Positions 55,938 through 64,000 of a DNA stretch of 64,000 nt are shown in pieces. The notes beneath the pieces are model-generated. The model ran no database searches. It had not been told where the DNA came from and saw only the letters and a list, made by a program, of their open reading frames with translations. Every line of letters begins with the position of its first letter. The first letter of the stretch is position 1. The position numbers and the translations under genes were made by a program. Source of the DNA: Octopus vulgaris (Eukaryota); the NCBI GenBank assembly GCA_951406725.2, contig OX597830.1, positions 73,656,001 to 73,720,000 on the forward strand, given 5' to 3'.

Positions 55938-56650
55938 CACTCAAATATTGTTGAAGATTTTGTCTACAGCTCAACTGATTTTGCCATCAGAGATTTTTCT
56001 AATACTGATTGTATTATTGTTCGAAAGAAAACCACCCCAACAAGTCGCAGGGAGCAAGGGCTTGACTATAGAGTGAGTGAAGGACTGTTTGATGCCTATC
56101 CCCGTCAAGTAGTTGGTTTAAAAAAAAAAAAAAACGATATACGTCGCCCTTTTCAAGCCTAGCCAGGCTCATGGGCCCGGTTTCCGGGGGTGACACACCT
56201 GGCAGCTCTTGCAGATTGCTCCTCGTCTTCGAGGTACGTTCTTCCGCTTTCGAAGCATTGCGTACGACCCCCTTGTCTCGGTACTAAGCTTGCCGAAGAA
56301 TGCTCAATGTCTTTGTAGCAGGCTTCGCAAGTGTAACGCAAAATTTCCTGTTGGCTGTTTGCTCTCTTCCATGAAAAAAAATCGCTGACTACAGTATACA
56401 CGTGGACTCACAAAAACTCATATTTCACAACTTGCAAAGTAAACACAGCACTGTCACTCGGTACACTTGCCAGCCGAAGGTCACAAACAGCTCTCACTCA
56501 GCATGCAATTGTTTGCTGCCATCTGCTGGCGCGCTACAAAACTAACCCGGAAACATTTTGATATCATCTCGTACACACACCAAACATACACACACATAAA
56601 CACGCACTCAAATATATATATATATATATTCTTTATACATACATATACAT

Positions 56651-56698
<48 letters not shown>

Positions 56699-57213
56699 AT
56701 ACATAAATAGATACATAGTTAGATCGAAGCATAAACACATACATACATACATACATACATACATACATACATACATACATACCTCATACATACATATACA
56801 TACATGGATAGAATCTATACAATTCACATATATGTTTAATAATTGCCTACCCAAAAAAACGAGCACACACAGACACTCATACATACAACAATCTATTTAC
56901 AGATCTCCTTATACACACAAACCGTTTTACGTATATTACATTGACTGCTAACAGACAAAAAATACTAGGATAACCTCTGTTGTATTTGCTATTCGTCTGT
57001 CAATATACTTCTAAATTCTCTACACACTGAGAACTAAATAGTATAAATAGTTGTCTAATGTATGAAGAATGTCTTCCAATGTTCGCAGCTGTTTAACTGC
57101 ACCCAAAATCCCTTCTTTAGCGGGCGTTAATTAAACTATAAACTCTATTATCTTTCGCATCAACAAAAGATACGGCATGTGTCTCTTCATATATACAGTA
57201 TGTTCGTTTTTAT

Positions 57214-57256
<43 letters not shown>

Positions 57257-57351
57257 AGCATTAATATATATTTATCTACATTTACACATACGTACAAATG
57301 TATATATGCTTGTATGCATATATGCGTATATATATATGTTTGCCTATATAC

Positions 57352-57399
<48 letters not shown>

Positions 57400-57626
57400 A
57401 TTTATACTTATATAAGAACTGATGTATATATTTATATATACATATATATGTATGTATTATGTATGTATATATGTATATATATATTTATATCAATATATAC
57501 GCATGCATATATAGAGAGGTGTATACATATATATGTATGTATATATAGGTATGTATATATAAATGTATATATATGTGTATATATATATATATATATATGT
57601 GTTTATATATATATATATATATATGC

Positions 57627-57666
<40 letters not shown>

Positions 57667-57777
57667 TGTTATCTATATACGTCTGTATATATAAACACAT
57701 ACATATATACACACACGCACGTGCTCATACACACACACACACATACACACACACACACACACACCTATGCATACCAA

Positions 57778-57980
57778 GGCGGAAGCACATAGGTTTGTGG
57801 TTAGAGCACGAACGATCGTAATAGTGGTTTCCATTCGTTGACCGGTCGATGCCTAGTGTTTCAAACTTCAATATTTCGCTTCATATTCATGTAGTACATT
57901 CACCGGCAAAAATGGCCGATGTCTCGTCCATTACGGGGGAGTATGTTACATACTCTACAAAATCAAGGGAACTGGCCATT
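57778..57980 (+). mobile_element. Highly diverged SINE (family D-like)
   Basis: ggtttgtggttagagcacgaacgatcgtaatagtggtttccattc head; ggaactggcc tail. Confidence 0.4.
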
Positions 57981-58073
57981 TAAACTTATAAGTGAGGAGG
58001 GACCTTTGATTCTTTTTTGGTTATTTATTTATGTATGTATGTATGTATGTATATACATACATACATACATACA

Positions 58074-58110
<37 letters not shown>

Positions 58111-58309
58111 ATCGAATGTAACCAGCCACAATTGCAAAGATAATCTGGAATTCGACTGAGGAAAGACAACTTCGAATGACCCGTTCGTGTTTTTTCTTGC
58201 CCCTCTTTTGTATCATCTGTCTGGATGTTTTCATGTAATCAAACTATTCATAAAAAAAAAGTGTGTCTGGAACAGCTGTAGTGAATCTTTAACCCATTTA
58301 TGTTTTTAT

Positions 58310-58502
58310 GACAGAAGTGGCTGTGTGGAGGCGCGAAAATGGCTGTGTGGTAAGTAGCCACATGGTTTTGGGTTCACTCCCTCTGGATAACACCTACGGC
58401 AATTGTCTTCTGCCATGGCCTCGAACCGACTAAAGCCTTGTGAGTGGATTTGGTAGACAGAAATTGAAAGAAGCCCGTTATATATATATATATATATATA
58501 TC

Positions 58503-58554
<52 letters not shown>

Positions 58555-58751
58555 TGTATGTATGTATGTATGCGTGTGTGTGTATGTTTGTGCTTGAGCT
58601 TGTACCCCCACCATCGCTTGACAACCGATGTTGGTGTGTTTACGTCCACGTAACTTAGCGTTTCGGCTAAAGAGACCGATAGGATAAGTACTAGGCTGAC
58701 AAAAACTAAGTCCTGGCCGCAGTCGAGTGACTGAAGCAAGTAAAAGAATAA
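58310..58751 (+). mobile_element. SINE family A, diverged, with duplicated first ~20 nt
   Basis: tggctgtgtgg twice, then the A body and tail. Confidence 0.85.
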
Positions 58752-59242
58752 AACAATCATATATATATATACATACACATTCACACATACTTATACATAC
58801 ATACATACATGCACACATATATTCACACATACACACACACACACATATGTATGTATCCGGGCGAAATAAAAATAGTAATTTAAAAGGAGCAATAGAATAA
58901 CTAAACAATAAAATAAAATATATACTTCTACCTATATTATCTTTCCTGTTATTCCTCGCTGTCACAGCTATCAATGCCATAACCTAAATTCTTCCTTGTT
59001 TAAAATAGAGACAATTTCGTTTTCGATGAAAAGGGTGGGTGAAAACGAGTGCATTCGGTGTGCTGTGAATGTTTACGGGATGGTTTGATATCATTTCAAA
59101 CGAGGGGAGATTCACCGTGATGAAATGATGTTTACAGCTTCTCGCGAGTGTGTTGTACTAAATGACGTCACATCTGCTCACTTTGAATATTATTTATATA
59201 CCACCACCGGCGTAACACACTATCAAAGAAATTAAGAAGTGA

Positions 59243-59369
<127 letters not shown>

Positions 59370-59404
59370 AATATATATATATAATATATATATATGTATA
59401 TATA

Positions 59405-59583
59405 CCGGAGTAAACACATAAATGTGAAACAAGGTGGAAAAAAAGAGTACTCAAATACCAGTGGTAGAGTAATATGCTTTATTTAAAGCAGCAGAACATT
59501 CTACAAAACCTGTTACTCTGAGTTTCGCGAAACTCAGAGTAACAGGTCTTGTAGAATTTTCTGCTGCTTTAAATAAAGTATAT
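59405..59583. mobile_element. Penelope-like remnant forming a spacerless 112-bp palindrome
   Basis: 59472-59583 with centre tttcg|cgaaa and 3 mismatches in 56 bp; each arm starts with cGAAAC TC agag. Confidence 0.65.
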
Positions 59584-59584
59584 G

Positions 59585-59625
<41 letters not shown>

Positions 59626-59769
59626 TACATATATATATATATATATTATATAAATATATATATGTGTGTGTGTATGTATGTATGTATAAATGTGTGTGTG
59701 CATATATACATACATATATATATGTGTGTGAATGTTGTGCGTATATGCATATATTTATATGTACCTATT

Positions 59770-59836
59770 CGATCACAGCACCAGTAACGGTTAAGCTTCG
59801 GGCAATGACCATACTCGATAACGAGGGGGCAGCCAT
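59770..59836 (+). mobile_element. Family E / RTE 3'-tail fragment
   Basis: ttaagcttcgggcaatgaccatactcgataacgagggggcagcca matches the E 3' end. Confidence 0.7.
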
Positions 59837-59850
59837 AATATATATATATA

Positions 59851-60081
59851 TATTTCTTTACTACCCACAAGGGGCTAAACATAGAGGGGACAAACAAAGA
59901 CAGACACAGGGATTAAGTCGATTACATCGACCCCAGTGCGGAACTGGTACTTGATTTATCGACCCCGAAAGGATGAAAGGCAAAGTCGACCTTGGCGGAA
60001 TTTGAACTCAGAATGTAACGACAGACGAAATACGGCTACGCATTTCGCCCGGCGTGCTAACGTTTCTGCCAGCTCGCCGCC
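59851..60081 (-). mobile_element. SINE family B, full length
   Basis: Colinear with 40935-41162. Confidence 0.92.
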
Positions 60082-60589
60082 ATAATATATATATATGTGT
60101 GTGTATGTGTGTGTTTGTGTGTGTCTGACACACACACACATATGTATGTACTAGGTGAAGATGAAATAATGCATATGTGCATATCGAGATATATATTGCT
60201 TACATTTGATTTTGTCTTCTTAATTATGAAAATTCTGTCTGTTAGGAAGGATCTGGTATTTAACAAAAGCTTTTATTTATAAATGTATATATTAAAGTAA
60301 GCGTGTGTGTGTATGTGTGTTTGTCTGTGTGAGTGAATGATTTCAGTGAGAGAGAGAGAGAGAAAGAGACAGGCAGACAGAGCCGGAGAAGGTGTGTGTG
60401 TGTGTGTTTGTTTACGTATATTTTAAAAGTAACAGATGCACACAACTTTATGTGTGCATCAATTGACCGAGTGTGATGGGGGCATTCTGGTGTGTGTGTA
60501 TGTAGCTAAATACATGTGTTTACATACTTTATACAACATGAAAAGTCGTGTACATGTAAACAGTTTCGAACCAACAGGTGTGCGAATGT

Positions 60590-60668
<79 letters not shown>

Positions 60669-60741
60669 TGTGTGTATTTATGTATAACAATTTGTAAGCT
60701 CTTGATATGTTTAGATTTAAAGACGGTATCCTTAAATAAAA

Positions 60742-60950
60742 GGCGGCGAGCTGGCAGAATCGTTAGCACGGCGGACGAGATGCTTAGCAGTATTTCGTCC
60801 GTTGCTAAGTTCTGAATTCAAATTCCGCCGAGGTCGACTTTGCCTTTCATCCTTTCGGGGTCGATTAAATAAGTACCAGTTACTCACTGGGGTCGATATG
60901 TCCTTGTTTGTCCTCTCTGTGTTTAGCCCCTTGTGGGTAGTAAAGAAATA
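60742..60950 (+). mobile_element. SINE family B with TSD
   Basis: ggcggcgagctggcagaa...gggtagtaaagaaata; ggtatccttaaa at 60725-60736 and 60951-60962. Confidence 0.9.
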
Positions 60951-61212
60951 GGTATCCTTAAACATAGGAATGCGTGGCGACAAACTTAACTTACACGCAG
61001 ACACACACTCCGACACACACACACACACCAACACACGCACACACACACACACACAAACACACACGCACACACACATAGAGGCGTGCACACTCATAAGCAC
61101 GTACCTATCTGGATACATTCTATGTGAAGATTTGTGTTTGGGTCTGGCTTTACCTTTTCTTATTACCATGTTTAGCTAACAAATATCTACGCTCGATACA
61201 GCCAATAGCATT

Positions 61213-61860
61213 GTGTGGTTGTGTGGTATGAAGTCTGCTTCCCAGCCTGTGGGTGTTGGGTTCAGTCCCATTGCATGATACTTTGGGCCAGTGTCTTGTA
61301 CTATAACTCTGTTTGTTCCTTCTTGAGCCATCCCTGGCGTATAGGTTCCCCAGCTGGACGGGACGCCGGTCCGTCGCAGGTGAGCTGCAAGATGCGGGAG
61401 GAAAGAGTGAGAGAAAGTTGTGGCGAAAGAGTCAGCAGAAGTTCGACATTACCTTCTGCCGGAGCCGCGTGGAACATAGGTGTTTTCGCTCATAAACACA
61501 CACATCACCCGGTCTGAGACTCCTCGACCCTCGACCGCGAATCCGCTGCTTTAACCACTAGGCCATGTGCCTCCACACTATAGCTTTGGGCCGACAAAAG
61601 CCTTGTGTGTGAATTTGATACACACAAACACCGTAAAAACATGCCGGATGTGTATGTTTTGTGCTTGTTCGTGTCCTTCCCTTGCAACTTGACAACTGGT
61701 GTAGGTTTGTTTACACGCTCGTAACGTAGCGGTTCGTACAGAGTGACCGACAGAATAAGTACATAACTTATAAATAAGTGCTGGGGTCAATGTATTTCGA
61801 CTGAACACTTAAAGGTGATGCTACAGCCGAGCCGCAGTCCAGGGTTTGAACGAACTAAAG
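61213..61860 (+). mobile_element. Old SINE family A copy hosting a SINE C insertion
   Basis: A head to 61308; resumes at 61577 (actatagctttgggccgacaaaagccttgtg). Confidence 0.75.
61309..61576 (-). mobile_element. SINE family C (alternative 3' part) with 9-bp TSD
   Basis: Head and body shared with 40281; TSD actataact (61300-61308) / actatagct (61577-61585). Confidence 0.82.
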
Positions 61861-61921
61861 CGTAAGAGAAGTGATATATCTGTGAATGAGATTTTAGTTT
61901 TTATTTTTGCTTTTAATAACC

Positions 61922-62126
61922 CTTTCTACAAAAGGCACGACGCCTGTAATTTTGAGAGGAGGTGACAGGTAGATTACATTAACCACAGTATTTGACTGGT
62001 ACTTAATTTATCGAACCCGAAAGGATGAAAGGCAAGGTCGACTTCGGCAGAATTTGAGCTCAGAATGTACAAATTGACAAAATTGTTGTTAGTTACTTTG
62101 CCGGGCGTGCTAACGATTCTGCCGCC
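61922..62126 (-). mobile_element. SINE family B, older tail variant
   Basis: ctggtacttaatttatcgaacccgaaaggatgaaaggcaaggtcgac...gggcgtgctaacgattctgcc. Confidence 0.8.
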
Positions 62127-62832
62127 TTATATCTTGCTTTTAATGTTCTTTTAATAGTAGAAACTGCATGAGCTACTCAAAGATTTAGCAAGCTCTTCAA
62201 AATCCATCACACTGCTGGAAACCCTTCCCATACTGTCAGCAAAATATCTCAGGGTCACAATCATATGCTCCTAAGCCAGTGAGTTTCGCCTCAGTACTTC
62301 GGGGCGCTTCCTCAGCGAGGACTGACCTGGTCTATATGTATATGGAAATGTTCCACGGTCTCTTATCAACCAGAGCCACATCGAGCTAGTTTTAGCAATC
62401 GCGCCTGTCTCAATGATGTTTCTCTTCAGTTGTCTGACTTCCAGACCTATCTTCTACATGACATAACATATGCAACACTGATCATACGTGTGTATATATA
62501 TATAAATATGTGTGTGTATGTGTGTGTGTGTATACATATATGCATACACTCCATCATGAATATGTAGAGCGCTGAAGTAGTTTGCCAAGGGAAAACACCT
62601 TCTCCTTTATAAGAAACGTATATTCATAACATTCTCGATTCATTAGCGGAAAAAGGTTTTCCCTACAATCGGGATCTCGAAATCCGTTTCATTAAGAATG
62701 CCGTGACGATCGAAAGTTTTTCGTTAATCCACTATTTTATGTAAATATTAATACCAATAGATAGCCAAGTATAGCAGAACTTTAATGTGTTGAGGTGGCT
62801 TAATTGCCTGAAAAAGTTCATAATTAACTTCT

Positions 62833-62863
<31 letters not shown>

Positions 62864-63095
62864 GCACAAATAAACACACACAAACAAACACACATATAGA
62901 AACAGAACAGATGAATAAAAGAAGATTTGTTTTATCAGTGTTTTTTTATCTCTCTTTGTATGTATATCCGTATATCCACCACGCTTGTTTTCCCACTAAA
63001 ATACTTTCTACCTCATATATATGTACATATATATATATAATGGTACTGGACCAGTTTCGAAACTGGGTCATTCGCCATGATAGATCGCTAGCCAC

Positions 63096-63424
63096 CTGGT
63101 ACTTAATTTATCGTTCCTCGAAATGATGACAGGTAAAGTCGACCTCGGTAGAATTTTAATTCACAACATAAAGACAGACGAAATACAAATTTCTATTTCT
63201 TTACTACCCACAAGAGCCTAAATACAGAGAGGACAAACAAGGGCAGAAAAACGAATTGTGTCGTTTATATCGACCCCAGTGCATAACTGGTACTTATTTA
63301 ATCGACCTCGAAAGGATGGAAGGCAAAGTCGACCTCGGCGGAATTTGAACTCAGAACGTAGCGCCAGACGAAATACGGCTACGCATTTCGCCCGGCGTGC
63401 TAACGTTTCTGCCAGCTCGCCGCC

Positions 63425-63425
<1 letters not shown>
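63096..63425 (-). mobile_element. SINE family B full copy (63194-63425) plus adjacent older fragment (63096-63186)
   Basis: Colinear with the other B copies. Confidence 0.88.
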
Positions 63426-63469
<44 letters not shown>

Positions 63470-63613
63470 CATACATGTATATAGATATATGTATGTATGT
63501 ATTTGTTTGTATATATATATATATATATACATACATACATACATACATACATACATACATACATACATGTGCGTGTGTGTGTGTGTATGCATAAATATTT
63601 ATACATACATACA

Positions 63614-63666
<53 letters not shown>

Positions 63667-64000
63667 CGGAATACATGCATAGGAATGAATATGAAACTGA
63701 AAACGGGAAGAGAAACAACACAAGAAAAACAGAAAGAAAGTAAAAAGAAAATGAAGAAATAAAAATCATCGTAAGAAAGTCAGAAAGTCAAATAGCCTGA
63801 CTACTGAGCGGTTGATCAGTGTCACGGTTGGTTTGGTTACCCTGGGTGTATGTAGAGAGAGAGGGAGAGAGAGAAGATGTTATTTATGGACAACACCTTT
63901 CCAACTGCGGTCCATAAATAAGATTTAACAAAAGATAGGAGATTACCGCTTCCTTCCTTTTTTTTTATCATCTTTCCTTTCATCTTCCGTTTCTTGCTGT

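Noticed and set aside
56159-56401. 80-aa minus-strand ORF
   Set aside because: It only vaguely resembles an RTE C-terminus and ends in a SINE-like tail fragment; not supportable as a gene.
58855-59240. Possible non-autonomous Helitron-like insert next to (TA)n
   Set aside because: No 3' hairpin/CTAG end and no second copy in the window.

Overview
AT-rich eukaryotic (animal) non-coding DNA, either intronic or intergenic. It is dominated by microsatellites ((TA)n, (CA)n, (TATG)n, (AAT)n, (GAT)n, (GAA)n) and transposable-element debris. The repeat landscape resembles a cephalopod (Octopus-like) genome; this is inferred from pattern recognition and not verified. No intact protein-coding gene is supported: almost every ORF in the track is a microsatellite or repeat translation, and only one weak exon candidate (28903-28988) was seen. 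Supported features are at least four tRNA-derived SINE families (A-D here, about 30 copies or fragments), decayed LINE fragments (RTE, R4/Dong-like, CR1-group, Tx1/L1-clade), a bipartite RTE-derived non-autonomous element and several MITEs. The main unexpected signal is about a dozen hammerhead-ribozyme (HHR) motifs of the minimal Penelope-like (PLE) type, from many different families and often in head-to-head inverted structures. One element fuses a tRNA-like Pol III head to an HHR module (34781-35227) and is a candidate Penelope-mobilised SINE. Three SINE/LINE 3'-tail partnerships (A with CR1-group, B with Tx1, E with RTE) can also be read inside the window. All alignments were done by eye, so repeat boundaries are approximate.
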